Shown: positions 26,594 to 36,253 of the stretch, in pieces
Layout: each line of letters starts with the position of its first letter
Position numbering within the stretch: the stretch's first letter is position 1
Virus record (IMG/VR): IMGVR_UViG_3300044825_000698
Location: 1-64,000 of that record
Direction: 5' to 3' (one strand)
Length of the DNA: 64,000 nucleotides
From: a virus
Notes under the pieces: generated by a model
What the model saw: only the letters and a program-made list of their open reading frames with translations
Told to the model about the DNA's origin: nothing
The model's database searches: none
Position numbers and translations under genes: made by a program

Positions 26594-28035
26594 TACGAAG
26601 TACTAATCCCTCCACTAATGGTCAGATTGACGGTACCTTTTCGCAGAAGACCAATCTCCGGCATGTTAGTAACCAAAGCGTTCGACGCATCGTAAATACC
26701 GTATGAGGTGACTACTGCGTATTCGACACCTACTACGTTAAATATTGCTCGGTACACTTCGCCTATACGGATCTCCTGCCCAATGAATAGATCGTCATAT
26801 TGGAATAGGCTGTCTATAGCCGAAACAACATCACGCTCAATCCATGGCGCTACATAACGGTCGAGAACCTTCACCGTAACGTCCATGTCAACTCGGTACA
26901 CCGGTAGGTTAGTAGCCGCTGTTACGGTCACTCCCGCCATAGCCAGAGGTTGTAGTAGGGCTTCTGCCTCGTCTTGCATAGCGGTCGGGATCGGTACAGA
27001 TGCTCCAGTAAAAGACGTGTAGTCATTTACATATGGAACTGCGTAAACCGTAACCGTCGAAGTACCAGAGTTGTAACTGGCAACCGTCTTAGATGCTCCA
27101 GATACGTTGATAGCAAGGTCTGCGTAGTCACGAAGGGTGACTGCACGGTTCTGAGACCTAGTTACACTCTTAATAGCCCGTTTAATAGACTCAACACTTT
27201 CAATGTTTTGCCCACCGGTAGCCGCAGATGATGACTGTATAGTCAGGTCAGCCGAAACGGAGTTTCTAAATGCCGTAATCGTGTTGGCTGGTAAGTTCCC
27301 GTCCTCACCATTACTAATAGTGTACGAAGCCGTTATTCGCACACCAGCAGGGGGTATCCGACCATTGATTCGGTTACCGAAATAGATCTCAGTCTCTTCG
27401 TCGGCGTTGACATATACGACAAACGCTCCTACTCCCGTATTTACGGTGTAGATAGAATCTACTTTCTGCCATTCACTTGGAGATGCTGGGTCTTCGTAAA
27501 CGAACACCCTTACGCTGTCTGGAGCGATATTCTCGCTACGTAGTACGTATCGCTGACCGACTTCTCCGGATGCTGACGTGGTCAGTACCTCTTCAGTTAC
27601 ACGTTCACCTTCTACGACGTTGATTGTCGATGAACCTTCGGCTGGCACCGACGCACCAGTAGTGCTGTAGAAGTAGTAGAACTTATTGTCGTACTGCGCT
27701 ACGAATTCTGTTTCTTCAGGTATACCGACACTTGCTCCAGCGTTGGCAATGGTTACTGTGGCCGTTGCCGAGGTGCGGTAATTAGGTTTGTAGTCAAACA
27801 GGTTGGCGTACGCCAGCACGCTCTCACGCTGTGTAGCGGTATCTACGAATGATTCACCAGCCGCCCGGTCGATGTAGTAATGAAAGATGTCTCCCATGTA
27901 CGCCCATAAGTCAACGAGCAACATGCCGAAGTCAGATGGGTCACGATCAGTCCATTCAGGGGCTACCACGGAAGCCCGGTTCAGCAAGTCTTGTTTGATC
28001 GTGCTGTAATCTCGTGATGAGTAGTCAAAGGCCAT
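26593..28035 (-). CDS. baseplate J/gp47-like protein
   Basis: DYSSRDY...PEWTD...DFG, ATQRESV, RAVTLRDY. Confidence 0.9.
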   Translation of the reverse strand: MAFDYSSRDYSTIKQDLLNRASVVAPEWTDRDPSDFGMLLVDLWAYMGDIFHYYIDRAAGESFVDTATQRESVLAYANLFDYKPNYRTSATATVTIANAGASVGIPEETEFVAQYDNKFYYFYSTTGASVPAEGSSTINVVEGERVTEEVLTTSASGEVGQRYVLRSENIAPDSVRVFVYEDPASPSEWQKVDSIYTVNTGVGAFVVYVNADEETEIYFGNRINGRIPPAGVRITASYTISNGEDGNLPANTITAFRNSVSADLTIQSSSAATGGQNIESVESIKRAIKSVTRSQNRAVTLRDYADLAINVSGASKTVASYNSGTSTVTVYAVPYVNDYTSFTGASVPIPTAMQDEAEALLQPLAMAGVTVTAATNLPVYRVDMDVTVKVLDRYVAPWIERDVVSAIDSLFQYDDLFIGQEIRIGEVYRAIFNVVGVEYAVVTSYGIYDASNALVTNMPEIGLLRKGTVNLTISGGISTS

Positions 28036-28049
28036 GGGTTATCCCTTTA

Positions 28050-28454
28050 TTAAATAATCGAATCTTCGGTGAGTTGACCAGGGGCCGCAATTTCAACTTG
28101 GGCTACTTGTAAAGAGCCTAAAGGCAATCTGTATATGGCGTTAACAACTGCTGTAGTAGGCTCACCCGTCTGTGAATAAAAACTGTTGTCTACCGCAATA
28201 TCAAGTATTACTGCTCCAGATACATAACGCTTTAAATCTTGAATAGCATCTACACGATAATCAGCAAACTCCATAGGAACTGTAATGTCAAAGAGTAGGC
28301 GAGACGTTGATGCCCCGTATGACGGATTCATTACCCGTTCTCCCTCAGAGGTGACGAGTACGTTGGCTATCTTCTGCTCCACCATGGTGGACCGGTCAGC
28401 AGTAAAGCCAACACGACCACCATCAAATGAGAATGGTACTTTAATTGACTTCAT
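28050..28454 (-). CDS. baseplate wedge GPW/gp25 family
   Basis: VLVTSEGERVMNPSYG. Confidence 0.85.
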   Translation of the reverse strand: MKSIKVPFSFDGGRVGFTADRSTMVEQKIANVLVTSEGERVMNPSYGASTSRLLFDITVPMEFADYRVDAIQDLKRYVSGAVILDIAVDNSFYSQTGEPTTAVVNAIYRLPLGSLQVAQVEIAAPGQLTEDSII

Positions 28455-28518
28455 ATAGAGCCTCCGACAACAATCGGTACCATTATATAGTTTATATATA
28501 GTTTACTAAAGTAACACA

Positions 28519-28812
28519 TCAATGGTACTGCTTTACAGTTGCTGGAAGGGCAGTAATCGTAATGGTTGTCGATGGGGCGGGAGGAGGGTTAAGAAGATAT
28601 ACATTCGTCATCTCGGCATCTTCAACTACCACTAGCACCATGCTTTTCTCAGCAGGAACTCCCCAACCTGACGCTGACTTGTTCATGTTCATCTTGGACA
28701 CCACTATTGATTCTGTGGTCCCCAACACAGACGGTATTTTCACGATGACATTGCCGGTGGAAGACGATGAACTTACCACTAGTGCTTTATGGATACTCAT
28801 GGGGCTACGCAT
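28519..28812 (-). CDS. short baseplate spike-like OB-fold protein
   Basis: HKALVV...VIVKIP...VP....VLV; position between hub and gp25. Confidence 0.45.
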   Translation of the reverse strand: MRSPMSIHKALVVSSSSSTGNVIVKIPSVLGTTESIVVSKMNMNKSASGWGVPAEKSMVLVVVEDAEMTNVYLLNPPPAPSTTITITALPATVKQYH

Positions 28813-29968
28813 ACTCGGTTACCTTCCTTGTGCGGGCTACCCATTTCTTATCAACCACAATCGAGTCTGATGGGATTCTAAACTTAGTAACCGGTTTTAT
28901 TTCATTGTTCTTTGTGTAGAGGGCATCCTTAGTCAACTCTAAGTCAGTGGTGTAATGGTTTTGTTGTAGCACATGCTTTACACTTTTCACATACCACAAT
29001 CCGTCAAACTCAGATCCGTAATTAAGTACGTTGACAACTCCACCGGGAACAATACCGGCACCCGCTGACACTTGTACTTTAGCGTTAAACGGCATATTGT
29101 TTTTTCTAATACGTAATAGTTCTTTTTGCGCTTCTTCAAATGACTGTGTAGATGAGGACACAAAGTTCTCTACCCCCGGTTTAACCGCACGTCCTAATCC
29201 TGAGCGATCTCTCAAGGTACGGGTGTTGACTTGAAATGAAGACCCTTGTCGATCAAGGTACGCAACAGTTGTTGACGATGAATACCCAGTTGGTGATAGT
29301 GAGCCGAAAAACCCATCAAAGTTCATAATCGTGCACGGATGAGGTCCCATCTGACTATCTGGGGTAAACAGTTCGTGGTACGAAGATGACCGACCGGTGG
29401 CGCTATAAGTATCCCATACGTGTATGTGAGTTCCGTGCACAGTTACCTTGAAACTGTATTTGTTGACTGTCTTTACTAAAAACTCCCAATCCGATTCAGC
29501 AGTTTGGGTTATGTTAATTGGAACATACTTACTCTTTGGAAAATCAGCACTGAATCCGTATTTCTTTGACATCGACGACACGACGTTATTTAGTGTTGGT
29601 GGATTCCATGACTTACTATTGGTTACTTTCATTGAAAATGAAGCACCAACACAATAAACGTCCACCTGTTGGAAAGGACTTCCGTTGACAAACCCGTGGT
29701 TTGTTTGTGATACCGGTTCAATATTAGAAACGTACCCTACAAACTTCTGTGTTCTCAATGTTCCAGAGTCAATTGTAAACACCACGGGGGCAGTCAAATA
29801 CTCGTGGAGTACCTGTGGCGGTACACCCAGTAATTTAATTATTAGCAGATCATGCTTGTTTTCTTCAAGCATTAGTTCTGCACCAACTATTGAACTGTAA
29901 TCAACCGGAACACCGTCAATAACGACGGTAACCGCTGGTGATAACGGGCTAGAAGACTTATAGATCAT
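28805..29968 (-). CDS. baseplate hub (gpD/Mu gp44-like)
   Basis: QTAESDWEFL, FDGLWYVKSVKH. Confidence 0.8.
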   Translation of the reverse strand: MIYKSSSPLSPAVTVVIDGVPVDYSSIVGAELMLEENKHDLLIIKLLGVPPQVLHEYLTAPVVFTIDSGTLRTQKFVGYVSNIEPVSQTNHGFVNGSPFQQVDVYCVGASFSMKVTNSKSWNPPTLNNVVSSMSKKYGFSADFPKSKYVPINITQTAESDWEFLVKTVNKYSFKVTVHGTHIHVWDTYSATGRSSSYHELFTPDSQMGPHPCTIMNFDGFFGSLSPTGYSSSTTVAYLDRQGSSFQVNTRTLRDRSGLGRAVKPGVENFVSSSTQSFEEAQKELLRIRKNNMPFNAKVQVSAGAGIVPGGVVNVLNYGSEFDGLWYVKSVKHVLQQNHYTTDLELTKDALYTKNNEIKPVTKFRIPSDSIVVDKKWVARTRKVTEYA

Positions 29969-30207
29969 ACTGGTATGCGGAGTACAGTTCCCGCAGGTAT
30001 GCGATCAGGCCACTCTATTTGTGGATTAATGTCTGCTATTTCCCAGTATCTAGTACTGTCACCAAGAAACTGAGATGCTAGGAGAGCGAAAGTGTCACCA
30101 TCACGTGATGTGTAAACGGCGTAACCAACGAGATCCTGCGGTTTTCTATTGGCGGATCTACCATCATCAGATAGTTCATATCGGGAAGTAGTTTTATAAA
30201 CGGCCAT
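29965..30207 (-). CDS. LysM-like baseplate protein (P2 gpX-like)
   Basis: GDTF..LA..FLGD...YWEIADINP...IPAGTVLRIP. Confidence 0.8.
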   Translation of the reverse strand: MAVYKTTSRYELSDDGRSANRKPQDLVGYAVYTSRDGDTFALLASQFLGDSTRYWEIADINPQIEWPDRIPAGTVLRIPV

Positions 30208-30215
30208 ATACGATC

Positions 30216-31961
30216 CTATTGAAGGTAAGCACTACTTGGATTAAGAGCACCCCGTCTAGCACTATCTTGTTTTGGACGGTCAGCCAACTGATCTTCTCGT
30301 GAGTATTGAACCCCTCCTGGCAATACGACAGGCCACTCAATCTTCTTTTCTATGTATAACTTGTCATCTGCACCTAGGTATTTCCACTCATCAAACTTAT
30401 AGGTGCCACCACCAGCACTAGTTGTTACAGAAACCTTTACAACAAAGTACTTACCCGTCAAGTCGGTGTCAGGGTTTAGTGCTTTATCTCCAGCCTGATT
30501 TGTTGTTATTTGAATAGATTCTTTCCCCTTATTAGGGTCTTTACTTCGATATGATTTTGATCGGATGGTATCCCAGGTGTCTTTATCTGATGCGCTTTCA
30601 GTAGCGGTATACGCACCTACCCTGGGCTTCAATGGCTCTGTATTGTTGCGTGCACCAGCAAGTGCGGCGGCGGCGGCTTCAGTTGCGTTGGTGTAAGGAC
30701 CCCATATTTGAAGAGTCCATTGATATGAAAATGTAAATGTTTGTCCATTTTCAAATAACTTAAGAACTTTGTCGTTCTTACCTTTTGCCTTAGCATCCTT
30801 AAATCCAGCCTTCGCTTCACGTATGTACTCTGACTTACGTTCAGGTCCTCTTGGTGCATCAGTGTTCTTATGGGTGTAGTGCTTTATAGCGACAAGTCCT
30901 TCTTTACCTAGACCCTTTTCCCAACTATCACTATTGTCAAGTGCAAACACAAACTGCTTTGCGTCGGCCCCAGCCGCACGCAATACCTCACGGTTTTGTT
31001 CCAGGGATGTATTTATATCGTTTATTTGGTTCTCTAGTTGGTTCTGTAGTTGGGTTGTCAAGAACGTCTTTTCTTTGGCAAACCCCACATATAGAGCGTT
31101 CATAGAAATGCCAATTGTTGCTTGAATAGGAACCATGTTGGTATTAAACTTTGTGTAAACGGTTCGTGTGCTAGTTACGAAACCATCGACCATGAATAGT
31201 TCAGAGAACACAACACGAACAGGCATGGGGATAAGGAACGCGCTGTTTCCAATATTCTCTTTCCCCATAAATTGGTCAGACGTAATCGCTTCAATTTCTG
31301 TAAGACTCGCCGCCTGATCGGGGTTGTTATTAGCATCGACAAGTGCTTGCTGTTTTATCTGGTCTAGTTGTGAATTAATTAAGTCTTTACTAAAACCTTG
31401 TCCAATGATTGAATATAAAACTTGGATATCACTAAGAACTCCAATTTGATAGACATCCCACTTAGGATTAATCGATTGATCCAGGTTGTCCAGATCTGGA
31501 AGTCTAAAATTAGGGTCTCCACTCGATAGTGGGTCTGTGTATACCCCACCTTCCCCAACTTCCATTGTTCTATCAAGAAGTATGTCAAAATTAAAAGTCG
31601 TAACCGCCGACATAGGTTGGGCAAACTGACTGGGGTCTTGAAGGATACTCAAGTAGATGTCTTGGCGCATCTGTACACTTTGTTCAATATCCTGTGGATT
31701 GAACTGAAAGTTAAACCTCATCTTTGTAGTGGGTACCACAGCGGTTTGATTTAGATTCGCTAGTCGCTGTGTTACAAGGCTTCTCATATACCCACGGTCT
31801 AATGACCGAGTGTTTAACACCGGTGCTTTAGTTCTCGGATCTATTTCTGTAGACCGTACGACTCGTCGTGGGTACTTAAACGGAGCGTTTACTATTTCGC
31901 TTTTCCCAACGCCGTGCATGGGGTTGTCACTATTAAATTGTCTATTACGGTACTGGGGCAT
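30216..31961 (-). CDS. tail tube initiator-like structural protein
   Basis: FNFQFNPQDI, FDILLDRT, PVRVVF..G; follows tape measure. Confidence 0.6.
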   Translation of the reverse strand: MPQYRNRQFNSDNPMHGVGKSEIVNAPFKYPRRVVRSTEIDPRTKAPVLNTRSLDRGYMRSLVTQRLANLNQTAVVPTTKMRFNFQFNPQDIEQSVQMRQDIYLSILQDPSQFAQPMSAVTTFNFDILLDRTMEVGEGGVYTDPLSSGDPNFRLPDLDNLDQSINPKWDVYQIGVLSDIQVLYSIIGQGFSKDLINSQLDQIKQQALVDANNNPDQAASLTEIEAITSDQFMGKENIGNSAFLIPMPVRVVFSELFMVDGFVTSTRTVYTKFNTNMVPIQATIGISMNALYVGFAKEKTFLTTQLQNQLENQINDINTSLEQNREVLRAAGADAKQFVFALDNSDSWEKGLGKEGLVAIKHYTHKNTDAPRGPERKSEYIREAKAGFKDAKAKGKNDKVLKLFENGQTFTFSYQWTLQIWGPYTNATEAAAAALAGARNNTEPLKPRVGAYTATESASDKDTWDTIRSKSYRSKDPNKGKESIQITTNQAGDKALNPDTDLTGKYFVVKVSVTTSAGGGTYKFDEWKYLGADDKLYIEKKIEWPVVLPGGVQYSREDQLADRPKQDSARRGALNPSSAYLQ

Positions 31962-34669
31962 TAAATGCTCCTCAATGTGCTAGTGCGAATCTCTTTTTCA
32001 AGCATACGTGCCACGGTCTTAGCCACTCGTTGCAGATCATCATTAGATGACGCACCGTTGATAGTGATGTTAGGAGATATATGGAACGTGTGGTTGCCAC
32101 TTATGTTGGCTGATTGGGCCGAGGTCATTGCCGGTGGAGTACTTCCAGCAGGAATCGGGTCTCCGGTTTCCTCTATTTGACGAGCAATACGAGTGGCCTC
32201 AGAATAGATCTCACCTGTACGCCCTAGATGGCTTCCATCGATGAACCAGCCATCGAACGGATGCCTATTCTTGCTCTTGTTCCACTTGTACTTTTCGTAA
32301 GCAATACGTACGTTAGTAATAGGATCGAACAGGGCCTCGTTATTAGGAATACCCCAATCTCTGCGATTACCTTCTGGGTTTGTTGCTCCTGGGATCATGT
32401 TGTGTTGGAACAACCCGTATGACAAATCGTCTTCATCGTTAGCAAACGCCCCAGGATTCCAATGCGATTCACGCCATGAAATAGCCAGAGCATCAGCCAG
32501 ATCCTTGCCACGGAATCCAGCGGCGTATAGGAGTTTGGCTACTGCTTCTCCAGACATTACTCCTCCACCAAGTTCTGGTGAGGTAGTTGTTGATTTAGAC
32601 GTAGTAGTACCACTAGGGCTATTTGTATTAGTCCCGGAACCCCCAGGTGCGCGACTTCCACGAACAAAGGCCGTTGTCAAATCAATTTGATCTTGGATAC
32701 CTAACTGACTACCGAGAAGGGAGGCGGCACCCAGTGCATCCGACATAGACCCCTCAGCCATGGATACTCCGCCACCTTCGACAGGAGTATCGTTAGTGCT
32801 AGGGGCATATGAATCTTCTACTGACTTAAACTGCCCCATGGTTCCCCATGGTGCGCCACCCTTTTCGTATTCTGCACGAGAACCGGGAAGATCCGCTGGC
32901 TGAATGTGCCACGGCTCTCCTAGTTTTTCATAGGTCTTCAAACCGTACTTAGAAGCGTTCTTAACCACCCAGTCGATGTCTCCAACGAGGTCAGCCGCTA
33001 GTCCTATTTCGTGCATCGACCGTCCGGGGGGTGCGGCATTGGCACCCTTTACCTTCTTCCAGTAACTACCCCGCCAATAGATGTCAGTCTTTTCGCTTGT
33101 CGGACGATAGCGATCAAGGAACATCCGTTCCTGCTGTGCACTAGTACGGAAACCTTCTCCAATGCCCACTGCTGGGTTATCGGAGATCATTCGCAGTAAG
33201 CGCTGTTTAAAAGTTGGGTGCAGGTTAGAGAAAGTAGATGATGACTCAAGTTGAGAGCGTGGCTTAGTTTCGTTCCCATACCCAATAGGAACACTGGTGT
33301 TACCGTCATCTCCTCCGGTGGCATCACCAGTCACGGCTGACCCAACTACTTGACCGAGTACGTTTCCTACAATGGCTCCTGCCACCGGTGATCCAACAAA
33401 TGACCCCGCCACAGCGCCAACAGCAGTTCCAATTGCTCCCCCTATTTGGCGGGCACCCCTAGACCCAATTGCCTGTCCTATTATTCCTGACATGGCGTCT
33501 TCAAAGTCACGCATGGTGTTTACCAAGCGCCTGGTCTGCCTCTCCATATCGGCGTAGTTATCAGCCTGACGCTTATAGAACTGCTCTTCACGAGATACAC
33601 GAGCGGCGTCTGTACGCTCTGCTTCCATGGCGAAGTTGTCTTCGATGCCCATAATCTTCTGGGCTTCTTTGTTGCGGGGGTCGTACATACCACGACCACC
33701 ACGTTGCTGGTAGGTTAGGTTTTGCTGTGCATACTGGAGGACCATGTCCTGCATCTCACCAGTGACACCCATCATTGTTAGATTGGCACGAGTAATAGAA
33801 CCAGGGGCCATGGCACTGCGAGCCAGACGTGGATCAGTTAATCCTGCTGACCTGGCAATGTCCTGGATCACTTGCATAGTGTCCCGCTGTTGGCCACCTG
33901 GTCCGATCAAGCCAGTTCCACCGAACATGAACATACGGTTGGCTACATCAGGAGCGGCCAATTGAGAGATCATGTTGGTGATCTGCCCAGTTGAGAGTGA
34001 GAAGCCACTCATTACTCGCATGGCTTCGACGCTAGGGGCCTGCTGTAACGCACTGATACCAGTAGTGGCCTGCATGGACATCAGTTCGTTGATACCCCCG
34101 GCTCCCAAAAGCATGTTGGCCATGGGGGTACGGAACTGGTTAGCAACCTGGTTCTGAGACAACCCGTACATCTGCTGGTAGACCAGCGACATACGATCAG
34201 CACTGAGGGCATAATCTCTAGAGCGATCAATGCGGGCATCGAGAGCCGAAATACCTGCGTTGATGACTGTGCCCGCCGCACCTACTGCTCCAGCACCCCT
34301 ACCCATTGCTCCAGCGGCTCCAGCAATCTGGGCTTGATCCGCAGACGGAGCGGCACCTGTCGATACGGGGGTGGTATCAAAGATGCCACCTGCCATCGGA
34401 GTGCCAGCCGCACCGACACCCGCTATGACTCCCGCACGACCAGGACCTTGAATGGACTTGGAGGCCCGAGCAATGCCTTCCATCTCTTCACGTACACGTT
34501 TTAATTCAGCGCGTAGAGATGAGAACTCACCCTTAAGTTTTGATACGGCTTTGGTATCGGCGGAGATACCGATCTTGGCGTTTGCGCCCAAGGGCTGGTT
34601 AGCACCGCCCATAAGCGAACCCATCATGGATGCGCCGCCATCATCCCCTAGGTTTTCTACGTTACTCAT
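31961..34669 (-). CDS. tape measure protein with M15/VanY-like peptidase and lysozyme-like transglycosylase domains
   Basis: Ala/Gly-rich N-terminus; GFRTSAQQ...APPGRSMHEIGLAADL...EPWH; AISWRES...SYGLFQ.N. Confidence 0.85.
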   Translation of the reverse strand: MSNVENLGDDGGASMMGSLMGGANQPLGANAKIGISADTKAVSKLKGEFSSLRAELKRVREEMEGIARASKSIQGPGRAGVIAGVGAAGTPMAGGIFDTTPVSTGAAPSADQAQIAGAAGAMGRGAGAVGAAGTVINAGISALDARIDRSRDYALSADRMSLVYQQMYGLSQNQVANQFRTPMANMLLGAGGINELMSMQATTGISALQQAPSVEAMRVMSGFSLSTGQITNMISQLAAPDVANRMFMFGGTGLIGPGGQQRDTMQVIQDIARSAGLTDPRLARSAMAPGSITRANLTMMGVTGEMQDMVLQYAQQNLTYQQRGGRGMYDPRNKEAQKIMGIEDNFAMEAERTDAARVSREEQFYKRQADNYADMERQTRRLVNTMRDFEDAMSGIIGQAIGSRGARQIGGAIGTAVGAVAGSFVGSPVAGAIVGNVLGQVVGSAVTGDATGGDDGNTSVPIGYGNETKPRSQLESSSTFSNLHPTFKQRLLRMISDNPAVGIGEGFRTSAQQERMFLDRYRPTSEKTDIYWRGSYWKKVKGANAAPPGRSMHEIGLAADLVGDIDWVVKNASKYGLKTYEKLGEPWHIQPADLPGSRAEYEKGGAPWGTMGQFKSVEDSYAPSTNDTPVEGGGVSMAEGSMSDALGAASLLGSQLGIQDQIDLTTAFVRGSRAPGGSGTNTNSPSGTTTSKSTTTSPELGGGVMSGEAVAKLLYAAGFRGKDLADALAISWRESHWNPGAFANDEDDLSYGLFQHNMIPGATNPEGNRRDWGIPNNEALFDPITNVRIAYEKYKWNKSKNRHPFDGWFIDGSHLGRTGEIYSEATRIARQIEETGDPIPAGSTPPAMTSAQSANISGNHTFHISPNITINGASSNDDLQRVAKTVARMLEKEIRTSTLRSI

Positions 34670-34680
34670 AACTATCTCCG

Positions 34681-34842
34681 TTATCGGTTACGCCATTTCG
34701 CCATCCGGTACCAGAAGTCCCGTTGGCGCACAGTCATGGACTGTATGTCGCTTAAATTAAACCCTTTGTAAACGGAGGCTATGAGTTCGTATTCCCAATA
34801 ATTATACGCTAGTTCAACCGAGTAGAAGGGAGATCCAGTCGA
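34681..34842 (-). CDS. probable frameshift-accessed C-terminal extension of tail assembly chaperone
   Basis: +1 frame ...YWEYELIASVYKGFNLSDIQSMTVRQRDFWYRMAKWRNR with no start codon before the conserved part. Confidence 0.6.
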   Translation of the reverse strand, partial: STGSPFYSVELAYNYWEYELIASVYKGFNLSDIQSMTVRQRDFWYRMAKWRNR

Positions 34843-35611
34843 TCACAACTCGGATTGGTTCCTGGCAGTGGGCGCAATGGACATTCACCTCCCCGATCTT
34901 GGGGCCGACAGTTAGGTCAGTCAGCGTCTTCACAATTGTATTACGATCTACAATACTGAGATCTCGTGCCCACTCTTCTACGTTGAGCGGCTTATCTCCA
35001 TCAGCCCATACTGTGCATCGGGCGATCATAAGAGTCGTTTGGTTAGCGGTGCTCGTCGACTTGTTCGCCACATAAGCACTATCCGCCCCAGTTGGAAGAC
35101 GCAGACTTACTGTTTTACCATTACGGAGAGTTACCGGGATCGGCTTATGGAAATCAATAGACGGTGGATCGTAGGCGAAGTCATCATCAATATTGATGGT
35201 TACGTCGTTCTTCTGTTCACAGGCATTGCACTTGGCGTTAAACGTGCGCTCTACGCCATAGGTGCATTTGATAATCCCTAGAAACAGTGCGTCACGATCA
35301 CCAATGATCAAGTTATCTAGTGCACTTGGGTCCTTTGATATATCGATAGACCCGACCGACACAGTCGCCCTCTTTAACAGGGCCGACATGTACTCAGCGT
35401 AAGTAACATCTTTCTTGGCTTCTACACGCGCCAAGTATTCTTCGTCTGCTCCGGTGAGTTCACGAACCTGAGCGTCCATCTGCCAATCGCCTGATGCAGG
35501 ATCAACAAGACCCCGCATCAGGCGAACGTGCGTAGATTCTGGGTTGGCTATCTCCGGAACTTTGTCTTCGATAGCCTTATTAAGGGCATCGGCTTCTTCA
35601 GTTAAACTCAC
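34814..35611 (-). CDS. tail assembly chaperone / baseplate hub assembly protein
   Basis: VRELTGADEE, L.IGDRD.L, CxxC pairs, RLPTG.D; between tube and tape measure. Confidence 0.75.
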   Translation of the reverse strand: MSLTEEADALNKAIEDKVPEIANPESTHVRLMRGLVDPASGDWQMDAQVRELTGADEEYLARVEAKKDVTYAEYMSALLKRATVSVGSIDISKDPSALDNLIIGDRDALFLGIIKCTYGVERTFNAKCNACEQKNDVTINIDDDFAYDPPSIDFHKPIPVTLRNGKTVSLRLPTGADSAYVANKSTSTANQTTLMIARCTVWADGDKPLNVEEWARDLSIVDRNTIVKTLTDLTVGPKIGEVNVHCAHCQEPIRVVIDWISLLLG

Positions 35612-35633
35612 CTTGTACTCCTAAGTGTTTGTA

Positions 35634-36239
35634 CTAACTTACTGTACTGATATTAGCAATCTGATCCTCGGTCCAGGCGACATAGAAGCCCTCATGGTGA
35701 ACCGTCAACTGCTGGACCATGATTCCACTGTCAGCGGCGTTCAGGTCACTCAGGGCGTAGGCCCCTGGCCAGCAGTCGAACAACTTGACGGCCAACCGAA
35801 CCCCACCGAGGTTCGGGGTATTGCCATCTGTGTTGGTGGGAGTCTGGTAGTTACCCGCTGATACTGGGTGGTCATAAATGCGTACCACGATGTCACAGCG
35901 GTAGTCGTTACCAGCGGTGATGCTTCCACTGTCAGCCTGGTTCCACGAATGGAGGAACTCCTGCCAGCGGTACATCTGTGGCTGGTTATAGAACACGCCA
36001 CGGCTGAAGGTCACCGGGGCAAAGTCTGATTGACCCACCAATTTGTGCGGGTGAGTGTTCATTCCACCCTCACGGTAGCCAATCATCTGGTTCTGCACCG
36101 ACAGACCTGACATAACGGCAAACCCGAGGCTACCTAGCCCCTGAGTAGCCGTTGCCAAGCGGTTGCTCGGGCCGGTTGGGATGATGTTGACCTGAAACTT
36201 AAAGTTACGAATCGGGTCAGTTACGGTTGCACGTGCCAT
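35634..36239 (-). CDS. tail tube protein (T4 gp19-like)
   Basis: DPIRNFKF, GF..SGL, YREGG, VTFSRG, WP...SDLNA. Confidence 0.92.
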   Translation of the reverse strand: MARATVTDPIRNFKFQVNIIPTGPSNRLATATQGLGSLGFAVMSGLSVQNQMIGYREGGMNTHPHKLVGQSDFAPVTFSRGVFYNQPQMYRWQEFLHSWNQADSGSITAGNDYRCDIVVRIYDHPVSAGNYQTPTNTDGNTPNLGGVRLAVKLFDCWPGAYALSDLNAADSGIMVQQLTVHHEGFYVAWTEDQIANISTVS

Positions 36240-36253
36240 TTAATGTCTCCTTA

